A stretch of DNA of 64,000 nucleotides from Bacteroidota bacterium (GTDB taxonomy: Bacteria > Bacteroidota > Bacteroidia > 2-12-FULL-35-15), in the NCBI GenBank assembly GCA_016722565.1, contig JADKIU010000002.1, forward strand, positions 454,119-518,118, in the 5' to 3' direction. Each line of letters begins with the position of its first letter. The stretch's first letter is position 1. The translations under genes and the position numbers were made by a program. The notes beneath the pieces were generated by a model. It was not told the origin of the DNA. It saw only the letters and a program-made list of their open reading frames with translations, and did no database searches. This document shows positions 10,652 to 19,402 of the stretch, piece by piece.

Positions 10652-10879
10652 TTAGATTTTAATACCAAAAACAAGTTTATCATCCACTGGTTTTCTGTTT
10701 TCTTTCAGTGTTTGGTAATATGTTTGGAGATTGTCACCGGTGCTCAGATAAAATGAGTAAGTGCAAGATGACTTTAATTCATGATTTGTAATAAGGTATG
10801 CATCATTCGAGTAGATACCACAGATAGTCAAAGCAAAGCAAAAATGAAGGATAATAAAATAGAATAAATATTTTTTCAT
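10652..10879 (-). pseudogene. degenerate remnant resembling the last ~60 aa of a SpoIIE/PP2C domain fused to a signal-peptide-like N-terminus
   Basis: The 75-aa ORF ...SFYLSTGDNLQTYYQTLKENRKPVDDKLVFGIKI aligns with the adjacent gene's C-terminus ...TIYLSSDGYADQ...SWKANREQVDDVLVFGVRV. Confidence 0.4.
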
Positions 10880-10922
10880 TTTCGATGATACAAGGAGTAT
10901 ATCGTAAATGTATGAAAATTAT

Positions 10923-11419
10923 TTATTTTTTCTTCTTCGTGGTCTTTTTCTTTTTGGAAGTCTTCTTTTTCTTATCTAATCCTAAGTTTTCACGAATTTC
11001 TTTCCAGTATTCAGCGCCATAAGCAACGAGGATTTCAGCACCTTTTGGGATGTTCTTTTCGGCTTTAATCCAGCCTGAATTTTTATAAACTACATAACAG
11101 CAGTTGTTTGTAATACCTTTTATTTTGGTTAAGCCTTTTGCATCATTGGCATAACGAGCAATTTCTTTTGGAGTATAATAAGCATCTACGCATTTCTTTT
11201 GCTGATATAAAAAGCGTAACCATAAATATCATTTTCAGCTCTGCGGTCTAGTTCCGCTTCAGTAACAATTTCACCCAGGTATTCAACAATTCGTTCACCC
11301 TTTTTAATATCTTTTTTAGTGAAAAGTCCTTTTCCGGCTCCTGGAATGGTTGATTTTTTAATGATAAAGTCTGGATGCATATCGTTTGTTATATTTTTGT
11401 GAGGGCGCAAAAATAACAA
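10923..11419 (-). pseudogene. SET-domain protein gene with a Lys-rich C-terminal tail, interrupted by a frameshift near 11183-11190
   Basis: Part 1 (11419..11186) reads ...STIPGAGKGLFTKKDIKKGERIVEYLGE...IYGYAFYISKRNA*. Part 2 in another frame (11186..10923) reads DAYYTPKEIARYANDAKG...GAEILVAYGAEYWKEIRENLGLDKKKKTSKKKKTTKKKK*. The two parts together form one SET-like domain. Confidence 0.6.
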
Positions 11420-11490
11420 AAGCTTTGGATGACAGCGTATTTATACCGAACAAAATGAAATTATTGTTTGAATCGCTGATGGAGAAGTAA

Positions 11491-12009
11491 TTAATAAGCT
11501 TGTGCTAAAATTTCTAAAAACACAAATACAATTTGAAGGGTAACTTCTACAGCAAATTGAATATTTTCAGAGCGATTGATTCTTTTTTGCCTTTCTTCCT
11601 CTTCTGTTTTGTCGAATACATAATCATCGGCACTTTTTTGGAACGGTTTTATTTTTTCTATGGTAGCATAAATCGCATCTAATTCCTGACGGTCGGTAGT
11701 TTTTTCAAACGATTGACCGGTAGTTGTTTTAATTAAAATAGAATATGAATCGGAGGGGTGTTTTACTAATTGAGCTGACTCAAACAATGAATCATTGTAT
11801 TCTTTAAATAAATTATATTCCTTTTTTTCACCAATGGTAATAGCATTTCCTACGGATGGATGAAAAGCTACAATTTTGCCGGAATCGTTTGTTTGTGACC
11901 AACTTGGCAAAGAAAGCAAAAAGGAAAAGAAAAGAACCAAAATGTACCGATTCTTTGATTGTTTTTTGAATATCATACCCAAAGCTATGACTAAATTCAA
12001 TAAAAACAA
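11491..12009 (-). CDS. hypothetical protein with a hydrophobic N-terminus
   Basis: 172-aa ORF with no recognisable domain. An alternative start is the internal Met at 11976. Confidence 0.4.
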   Translation of the reverse strand: MFLLNLVIALGMIFKKQSKNRYILVLFFSFLLSLPSWSQTNDSGKIVAFHPSVGNAITIGEKKEYNLFKEYNDSLFESAQLVKHPSDSYSILIKTTTGQSFEKTTDRQELDAIYATIEKIKPFQKSADDYVFDKTEEEERQKRINRSENIQFAVEVTLQIVFVFLEILAQAY

Positions 12010-12109
12010 AATATTTTATAACTCACTATAAATCATAAAGTTGAATGCCATTAACTAAAGCGACACAATCGGCTTTTTAGCGGTAGCAAAAAAAAATAAA
12101 AATTATTCT

Positions 12110-12139
12110 TGGAGCAAGGATAGAATTTCTTATCTTTGT
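12110..12139 (+). promoter_or_regulatory. candidate Bacteroidota sigma-A promoter for rpsA (-33 TTG, -7 TATCTTTG)
   Basis: TTG at 12110-12112 and TAnnTTTG at 12132-12139 are spaced 19 nt apart, 70-120 nt upstream of the rpsA start candidates. Confidence 0.3.
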
Positions 12140-12206
12140 GTCCCTTTTTAAAAGTAGTAAAGAAAAAGTAGTACTAACCTCTTCAATTAAATTGATAATC
12201 AATTAA

Positions 12207-14073
12207 TTGAATACAAAAAAAGCCTCCGGAGAATGTATAACCGGAAAAAGTAAAATGGCAGAAACAGTAGAAGCACCAGTATCATTAGAAGCATTTGATT
12301 GGAATGCAGTAGGAAACAAAGGGGAAACCTATTCGAAAGCAGATCGTGAAAAATACGATTCACTTTACGAAAAAACCCTAAAATCAGTTGCAGCAAACGA
12401 AATCATTGATGGAAAAGTTGTAGCTAAAAACAGCAAAGAAGTTGTTGTAAACATTGGTTACAAATCAGATGGTGTTGTTCAATTAACAGAATTTCGTTAC
12501 AATCCTGATTTAAAAATCGGTGATATTGTTGAAGTGTATGTTGAATCACAAGAAGATAAAAGCGGACAGTTAATCCTATCTCATAAAACGGCTCGCGCCA
12601 TGAAATCATGGGATCGTGTTAACCAAGCGCTTAATAACGATGAAATTATCAAAGGTTATGTTAAATGCCGTACAAAAGGTGGTCTAATCGTTGATGTATT
12701 TGGTATTGAAGCTTTCTTACCAGGTTCTCAAATTGATGTGAAACCAATCCGTGATTACGATGTTTATGTTGGAAAAACAATGGAATTTAAAGTTGTGAAA
12801 ATCAACAACGAATTCAAAAACGTTGTAGTTTCTCACAAAGCATTAATTGAAGCGGAATTAGAACAACAGAAAAAAGAAATCATCTCTAAATTAGAAAAAG
12901 GACAAGTATTAGAAGGTACTGTGAAAAACATTACTTCTTATGGTGTGTTCATCGATTTAGGTGGTGTTGATGGTTTAATTCACATTACCGATTTATCTTG
13001 GGGTCGTATTAACCACCCAGAAGAAATCGTGAAATTAGACGAGAAAATTAACGTTGTAATTTTAGATTTTGATGATGATAAAAAACGTATTGCTTTAGGT
13101 TTAAAACAATTATCTGCTCATCCTTGGGAAGCTTAAAAGCTGATTTAAAATTGGTGATAAAGTAAAAGGAAAAGTAGTTGTAATCGCTGATTACGGTGCT
13201 TTTGTTGAAATCGCACAAGGTGTTGAAGGTTTAATCCACGTTTCTGAAATGAGCTGGAGTCAACATTTACGCACTGCTCACGATTTCTTAAAAGTGGGTG
13301 ATGAAGTAGAAGCTGTTGTATTAACACTTGATCGCGAAGAACGCAAAATGAGATTAGGTATGAAACAATTAACTCCTGATCCTTGGAATATGATTATTAC
13401 AAAATATACGAAAGGATCTCAACACACAGCAACAGTTCGCAACTTTACCAACTTCGGTATTTTTGTTGAATTAGAAGAAGGTGTTGATGGTTTAATCCAC
13501 ATCTCTGACTTATCATGGTCTAAAAAAATCAAACATCCTTCAGAATTCACTAAAATCGGTGATAAAATCGAAGTTGTTGTTTTAGAAATAGATGGTGAAA
13601 ATCGTAGATTGAGCTTAGGACACAAACAATTGGAAGAAAATCCATGGGATGTGTTTGAAACCATCTTCACTGAGAATTCAGTTCACCAAGGAACTATTAC
13701 AAGTGTAATGGAAAAAGGTGCAATCGTTTCTATGCCTTACGGTGTTGAAGCATTCTGCCCAACTCGTCACTTGTTGAAACCGGATGGTTCATCTGCGAAA
13801 GTAGAAGAAGTATTGGATTTCAAAGTTCTTGAATTCAACAAAGACGGTAAAAAAATCATCGTTTCTCATAGCAAAATCAATGAAGAAGTAACTGCTGCTG
13901 AAAAAGCTGCTGTTGCAACTGAAAAGAAAGCAGCTGGAGACGAAGAGAAAAAAGCTGTTAAAAAAGTAAAAGACAGTGTTGAAAAAACAACACTAGGCGA
14001 TATGGATGTTCTTTCAAATCTGAAAGCAGATATGGAAGAGTCTGAAAAAAAATCGACTAAAAAGTCTGAATAA
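12207..14073 (+). CDS. rpsA: 30S ribosomal protein S1, reading frame broken by two 1-nt deletions at about 13133 and 13150
   Basis: Six S1 domains are split across two ORFs (12207..13136 and 13249..14073). The junction ...LSAHPWEA* / (L)KADLKIGDKVKGKVVVIADYGAFVEIAQG... is contiguous S1 sequence read across three frames. The likely true start is the Met of MAETVEAPV at 12255. Confidence 0.85.
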
Positions 14074-14131
14074 TATTTTCCCCCGCTTACGCGCGGGGGA
14101 GAATCTAAAAACCCACGCCATGGTTTTTTAG

Positions 14132-14170
14132 AAAAAAGCGCTCCCGTACTGTGGAGCGCTTTTTTATTTT
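14132..14170 (+). terminator. rho-independent terminator after rpsA, in the pyrR leader
   Basis: A 9-bp stem (AAGCGCUCC / GGAGCGCUU) with an 8-nt loop is followed by UUUUUAUUUU. Two weaker hairpins lie just upstream, at 14080-14099 and 14107-14128. Confidence 0.7.
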
Positions 14171-14212
14171 AATTCCCCTCAATTCATTTTTTTTATTAAA
14201 TTTGTGCTCTAG

Positions 14213-14749
14213 ATGAAGCCAAGAATTATTTTAGACAGTAAACTTCTAGAAATCACCGTTACCCGGCTTTGTTATCAATTAATTGAAATTCACAACGACT
14301 TCTCGAATACAGTAATCATCGGCCTGCAGCCGCGTGGAACTCTTTTAGCATCCCGAATTCATAAAAAACTTCAGGAAATTTTAAAGCGAAAAGACATCAA
14401 ATACGGCACATTGGATATTACCTTTTACCGTGACGACTTTCGCCAAAAGGAATTGGTACCCAATGCGACCAACATCGATTTTATTATTGAAGGCAAAAAT
14501 GTAATCATGGTAGATGATGTGTTGTTCACCGGAAGAACCATTCGTGCCGGGTTAGATGCAATGCTAGCTTTTGGCAGACCAAACGATGTTGAATTACTCG
14601 TTTTGATTGACAGACGCCTCAGCAGACATTTACCAATACAAGCTAAGTACATCGGAAAAACAATTGATTCTATCGCTTCAGAGAAAGTAAAAGTAGAGTG
14701 GAAAGAAACAGATGGAATAGATAGAGTAACACTTTTATCTAATGATTAA
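14213..14749 (+). CDS. pyrR: bifunctional pyr operon regulator / uracil phosphoribosyltransferase PyrR
   Basis: VIMVDDVLFTGRTIRAGLDAMLAFGRPNDVELLVLIDR is the PRTase motif. The N-terminus is PyrR-like. Confidence 0.9.
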   Translation: MKPRIILDSKLLEITVTRLCYQLIEIHNDFSNTVIIGLQPRGTLLASRIHKKLQEILKRKDIKYGTLDITFYRDDFRQKELVPNATNIDFIIEGKNVIMVDDVLFTGRTIRAGLDAMLAFGRPNDVELLVLIDRRLSRHLPIQAKYIGKTIDSIASEKVKVEWKETDGIDRVTLLSND

Positions 14750-14761
14750 AGAAAACAACTA

Positions 14762-15685
14762 ATGACCAAATTAAGTACAAAACATTTACTTGGAATCAAA
14801 GATTTAACGGCAGAAGACATTCATTTGATTTTGCAAACTGCCGAAAATTTTAAAGAAGTCATTAATCGTCCCATTAAAAAAGTTCCTTCCCTCAGAGATA
14901 TTACCATTGCCAATTTATTTTTTGAAAATTCTACTCGCACCAAACTATCCTTCGAACTTGCTGAAAAACGGCTAAGTGCAGATGTTGTGAATTTTGCTTC
15001 CGCATCTTCATCCGTAAAAAAAGGCGAAACGTTGATTGATACAGTAAACAACATCCTCGCAATGAAAGTCGATATGGTGGTGATGCGCCATCCGAATCCG
15101 GGGGCGGCAGTATTCTTATCCAAACACATCGATGCAAAAATCATTAATGCAGGTGACGGAGCGCATGAACATCCTACACAAGCTTTGCTAGATGCATTTT
15201 CAATAAAAGAAAAATTAGGTTCTGTAAAGGGTAAGAAAATTGCCATCATTGGCGATATTCTACACTCCAGAGTTGCCTTGTCGAATATCTTTTGTTTACA
15301 GAAACTCGGGGCAGAAGTAATGGTCTGCGGACCAACCACCTTAATGCCGAAGTATATTCATAGCTTAGGTGTGAAAGTAGAACATAACCTCAAAAAAGCA
15401 CTTGAATGGTGTGATGTGGCAAACATGTTACGCATTCAATTGGAACGACAAGACATCAAATATTTCCCTTCTTTGCGCGAATACACCATGTTGTTTGGAT
15501 TAAACAAAGAAATACTCGATTCCCTTTCTAAAAAAATTGTGGTGATGCATCCAGGTCCCATCAACAGAGGTGTTGAAATTACCAGCGATGTAGCCGATAG
15601 CTCTCAAAGTATTATCCTTGAGCAGGTAGAAAACGGTGTAGCTGTTAGGATGGCGGTATTGTTCCTTTTAGCAGGCAGAGCTTAG
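14762..15685 (+). CDS. pyrB: aspartate carbamoyltransferase catalytic subunit
   Basis: Carries the STRTR motif (ENSTRTKLSFELA) and HPTQALLD. Confidence 0.95.
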   Translation: MTKLSTKHLLGIKDLTAEDIHLILQTAENFKEVINRPIKKVPSLRDITIANLFFENSTRTKLSFELAEKRLSADVVNFASASSSVKKGETLIDTVNNILAMKVDMVVMRHPNPGAAVFLSKHIDAKIINAGDGAHEHPTQALLDAFSIKEKLGSVKGKKIAIIGDILHSRVALSNIFCLQKLGAEVMVCGPTTLMPKYIHSLGVKVEHNLKKALEWCDVANMLRIQLERQDIKYFPSLREYTMLFGLNKEILDSLSKKIVVMHPGPINRGVEITSDVADSSQSIILEQVENGVAVRMAVLFLLAGRA

Positions 15686-16419
15686 AAACGGTAATTTAAA
15701 CCGATATTGATTAAGCTAAAACTTCTGTTTTTATAATCTTCTTGGATGTTTTTATTTTGATGGATTGCTTGCATTTCTAAGCGTGCTCCGTAATAAAAAG
15801 ACATCCTTTCCAAAACTATTTCATGTCCAATGCAGATGGATGGACAAATTTTATGCAATCGTAATTGATTCGAATGAGCCTCTGATATCGTCTGAGGAGA
15901 GGTAGGGGTACCTCCTGGAGGTCCAGGAAATCTTGGGTCTGAAAATCCACTTGAAGATGTATAGATGTTTTCTGATGTTACGACATCTAAATTTCCATTT
16001 GCTTGAAGAAAAAAACCTCCAACTGCATCTTCCGAAGAGATATGCCCCGGATAAAATCGTATTCCCAAAGGAATCTTCAGATACGTTAATGTATAATCAA
16101 TGTATAAATGTGTTTCACCTACATTCTCATTATAAAGAAAATGTTCTTTGTTTAAATATCCGCTTACGTTTAGTTTAAACAGATAATTAATTTGATATTG
16201 ATAATTTATTCCGATGGGATAGAACGGTTGAATGTATAAGCGTTGAGGGCCGTTTGACCTTAATTCGCTATAAGGCATTTTGTTCCAGTACACAAATTCG
16301 ATTGGTGAAATAAAAAGTCCAATCGAATGTCTTTTTTCGCCATAGCCATTTTTAAAATAATCTTGTGAAAAAGACGAAATTGAACAAAAAAGAATAAATA
16401 GGGTTAGAAACCGCTTCAT
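15682..16419 (-). CDS. putative outer-membrane beta-barrel protein
   Basis: Signal peptide, alternating-hydrophobic beta-strand pattern, and a C-terminal ...GLNYRF with an aromatic end residue. Confidence 0.5.
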   Translation of the reverse strand: MKRFLTLFILFCSISSFSQDYFKNGYGEKRHSIGLFISPIEFVYWNKMPYSELRSNGPQRLYIQPFYPIGINYQYQINYLFKLNVSGYLNKEHFLYNENVGETHLYIDYTLTYLKIPLGIRFYPGHISSEDAVGGFFLQANGNLDVVTSENIYTSSSGFSDPRFPGPPGGTPTSPQTISEAHSNQLRLHKICPSICIGHEIVLERMSFYYGARLEMQAIHQNKNIQEDYKNRSFSLINIGLNYRF

Positions 16420-16522
16420 AATTGACCTTTTATAGAGTAAATATAATTAAAAAAATGTTGCAAATCAATATTGCTTTGTACCGCAAAAATTTCATACATT
16501 TGTTACAAATAATTTTAATCGT

Positions 16523-16870
16523 ATGAGTTTTCAAATAGATAAGGCAGAAAAATACACCATCATTAAATTGTTGGCTGAGAAGTTGGATAGCAATTTGGCT
16601 CCGTCTTTAAAATCAGAATTGGTTGTGATTAGCACGGATGGTGCTAAAAACATCATTATTGACTTGTCGGATACACGCTACTGTGATTCATCCGGATTGA
16701 GCGCTATTTTAGTCGCAAATCGCCTTTGCAAAAACAGTCAAGGTGTGTTTATTTTAACCGGCTTGCAGGATTCTGTAAAAAAGTTGATTTCAATCTCTCA
16801 ACTGGATACCATTTTAAACATTACATCATCAGTAAACGAAGCAAAAGAAATGCTTGCTGTTACTGCTTAA
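16523..16870 (+). CDS. STAS-domain anti-sigma-factor antagonist (SpoIIAA/RsbV-like)
   Basis: 115 aa. DLSDTRYCDSSGLSAILVANRLCK is the STAS fold, with a conserved Ser in the DSSGL region. Confidence 0.8.
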   Translation: MSFQIDKAEKYTIIKLLAEKLDSNLAPSLKSELVVISTDGAKNIIIDLSDTRYCDSSGLSAILVANRLCKNSQGVFILTGLQDSVKKLISISQLDTILNITSSVNEAKEMLAVTA

Positions 16871-16899
16871 ATAGATTAATTAACTAAATTTCTACTCGC

Positions 16900-17667
16900 A
16901 TGATTAAAAAATTACTATTCTCTTTTGCATTTGCAGTAGCTTTTGGATTATCATCCAATGCTCAAATTTGCACACCGGATATTTCTTGTATCCCCGTTTC
17001 TGAGCCTTATGGTCTTTGTCCGGACAGCACAACAGGGATTGCAATCGGAACAGTTGGAGTTGCTTATTCTCAATTGATGAGCATTAAAGTACCAGCAGAT
17101 CCTTCAAGCTTTGGAGCGCCTCCGGGAACCGGATTAGTATCTATCGAAATTGGTAGCGTAGATAGTTTAGCACCAGGTTTATCTTATGCGTGTGTACCTT
17201 CTTCTTGTGACTTTCCTGCCAGCACAAATGGTTGTATCTTAATTACCGGAACACCTACTGTTGCTTGGAATAAGCAAGTAATTGTGCATGGTATCGGACA
17301 TTTAACATTCCCGATTATCGGAACACCATTTACGCAAGGCATTGACAACAAACAATACAGAAGCATTGTTGTGGATCCATTAAGTGTTGAAACATTGGAT
17401 TTAAACAAATTTGATGTCTCTCAAAACAGTCCGAACCCATTTAGCGAAAACTCTGAAATTCGTTTTTCTACTACCGATAATTCGAATGTAGATTTCAAAG
17501 TATTCAATATGTTAGGCGCTGTTATTTATAGCAAAAATTTCAAAACGGCTAAAGGCGTAAATGTGATTAAAATCGAAGCAAACTCTTTTGCTCCGGGTGT
17601 TTACATTTATTCAATTACAAATGGAGAGAAAACAATCACAAAACGTATGATTGTTGCCGGAAAATAA
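16900..17667 (+). CDS. small Cys-rich secreted protein with a T9SS type A C-terminal sorting domain
   Basis: Signal peptide. C-terminus is FSENSEIRFSTTDNSNVDFKVFNMLGAVIYSKNF...GVYIYSITNGEKTITKRMIV. Confidence 0.75.
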   Translation: MIKKLLFSFAFAVAFGLSSNAQICTPDISCIPVSEPYGLCPDSTTGIAIGTVGVAYSQLMSIKVPADPSSFGAPPGTGLVSIEIGSVDSLAPGLSYACVPSSCDFPASTNGCILITGTPTVAWNKQVIVHGIGHLTFPIIGTPFTQGIDNKQYRSIVVDPLSVETLDLNKFDVSQNSPNPFSENSEIRFSTTDNSNVDFKVFNMLGAVIYSKNFKTAKGVNVIKIEANSFAPGVYIYSITNGEKTITKRMIVAGK

Positions 17668-18587
17668 TGCAAAATTTTGAATTAACTATTCTTGGTTGCA
17701 GCAGTGCAACACCAACATCAAAACGTAATCCAACCGCTCAGCTACTCAATATAGCTGAGCGTTTTTTTTTAATTGACTGTGGTGAAGCAACCCAAATTCA
17801 GTTGCGTAGATTTAAGCTGAAGTTTCAGCGTATCAATCATATTTTTATCAGCCATTTGCATGGTGATCATTATCTCGGACTAATGGGATTAATTTCCAGT
17901 ATGCATTTGTTGGGAAGAACCATTGAATTGCATTTGTATTGTCCTGCAGAATTGCAAGAAATTATTGAAGTACAGTTTAAGCATTCCCAATCCTATATCA
18001 AATTTCAGATTGTTTATCATCCCCATCAATATGTTGATAATGCCATCATATTTGAAGATGATCGGGTAGAAGTAAGGACGCTTGTACTTAACCATCGCAT
18101 CCCTTGCTGTGGTTTTATTTTTAAAGAAAAACCACTTCCACCAACCATTTCAAAAGAAACAATCTATCAGCATCATTTAACGGTGGAGGAGATTGTTGCC
18201 ATAAAAGAAGGTTCGGATTTAACAAAAAACAATGGAGAGGTGATTAAAAATAGTGACTTGCTTAATCCACCCTTGGTTCCAAGAAGTTATGCCTATTGCT
18301 CTGATACCTGCTATGATGAAAGAATTATCGATTACATAAAAGGAGTGAACCTATTGTATCATGAAGCAACCTTTTTGCAAGAAATGGAAGCCCGGGCGAA
18401 AGAAACCTTTCATACCACAGCTTTACAGGCAGGAATGATTGCCAAACAAGCGAATGTGAAGCAATTGATGATTGGACATTATTCTGCACGCTACAAAGAC
18501 CTCGAACCATTATTAGTTGAAGCGAAATCAGTTTTTGACAATACAATTTTGGCTATTGAAGGTGAAAACACAGTTATTCAACATTGA
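17667..18587 (+). CDS. rnz: ribonuclease Z
   Basis: LTILGCSSATPT...DCGEATQIQ...HLHGDHYLGLMGLISS is the MBL HxHxDH motif in RNase Z (ELAC) context. Confidence 0.9.
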   Translation: MQNFELTILGCSSATPTSKRNPTAQLLNIAERFFLIDCGEATQIQLRRFKLKFQRINHIFISHLHGDHYLGLMGLISSMHLLGRTIELHLYCPAELQEIIEVQFKHSQSYIKFQIVYHPHQYVDNAIIFEDDRVEVRTLVLNHRIPCCGFIFKEKPLPPTISKETIYQHHLTVEEIVAIKEGSDLTKNNGEVIKNSDLLNPPLVPRSYAYCSDTCYDERIIDYIKGVNLLYHEATFLQEMEARAKETFHTTALQAGMIAKQANVKQLMIGHYSARYKDLEPLLVEAKSVFDNTILAIEGENTVIQH

Positions 18588-18733
18588 CCTTCCATGTTTT
18601 CCTCGCTTATTGGATTGAATTTTTAATAGGGATAAGTTTATAAGTTTCATCAAAAAAATCACTCAAAAGTTTGCAGGAACCATTTCAATTTGTACTTTTG
18701 ACCATTATTTAAAATCAATCTAAATAAAGAAAC

Positions 18734-19402
18734 GTGTCAAAAATCAAGATTATTATAGCCGATAGCCATTTTTTAAGCCGTAAAGGTTTGGCCATCTTAC
18801 TTGAAGAAAACACTGATTTCGCTTTAGTTTCTGAAGCATTAAGTGCTTCTGATTTGATTAATCAGGCAAAATTTTATCAGCCGGATCTTATTATCATCGA
18901 TTATACGTCTGCGAATTATAGCATCGACAATATTCAGCAAATTGTAAAAAAATATCCGAATACACATTTATTAGCGATTACTGACTTACAAAGTAATATA
19001 TCCGTTGCTAAAGCCTTAAATTTAGGCATTATGAGTCATTTGCTGAAAGATTGCGACCAAGATGAGATTGTGGAGGCGATTTACAAAACAGCAAAAGGGG
19101 AGAAGTTTATGTGTGGTAAAATAGCAAGCGCTGTTTTAATTGATAAAACTGCTGTAAATGAATATACCTGCGAGGGATTAAACATCAGCGACCGTGAAAT
19201 GGAAATCATCAAATTGATTGCAGAAGGGTTGTCGAATAAAGAGGTGGCTGATAAATTATTCCTAAGTACACACACCGTTACAACTCATCGTAAAAACATT
19301 ATGAACAAGCTTGGGGTAAACAATACTGCAGGATTAGTTCTATTTGCTGTTCGTGAGAATATCATTTCTCCAAACCACTTCTTGTTTTCTGCTACAGCTT
19401 AA
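18734..19402 (+). CDS. LuxR/NarL-family response regulator (REC + HTH)
   Basis: The receiver domain has the phosphoacceptor Asp in LIIIDYTS. The C-terminal LuxR HTH is DREMEIIKLIAEGLSNKEVADKLFLSTHTVTTHRKNIMNKL. Confidence 0.85.
   Translation: MSKIKIIIADSHFLSRKGLAILLEENTDFALVSEALSASDLINQAKFYQPDLIIIDYTSANYSIDNIQQIVKKYPNTHLLAITDLQSNISVAKALNLGIMSHLLKDCDQDEIVEAIYKTAKGEKFMCGKIASAVLIDKTAVNEYTCEGLNISDREMEIIKLIAEGLSNKEVADKLFLSTHTVTTHRKNIMNKLGVNNTAGLVLFAVRENIISPNHFLFSATA

Noticed and set aside
10921-10980. Lys-rich low-complexity stretch
   Set aside because: It is the C-terminal tail of the SET-domain gene rather than a separate feature or repeat element.
14821-15339. 172-aa minus-strand ORF
   Set aside because: Antisense to pyrB, whose translation is unambiguous. 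A typical shadow ORF.
17745-17771. Perfect 9-bp stem hairpin (GCTCAGCTA...TAGCTGAGC) followed by T9, resembling an intrinsic terminator
   Set aside because: It lies 80 nt inside the rnz coding sequence and encodes the conserved N-terminal motif (...TAQLLNIAERFFLIDCGE). Most likely coincidental, though the T9 run is another frameshift-prone homopolymer.
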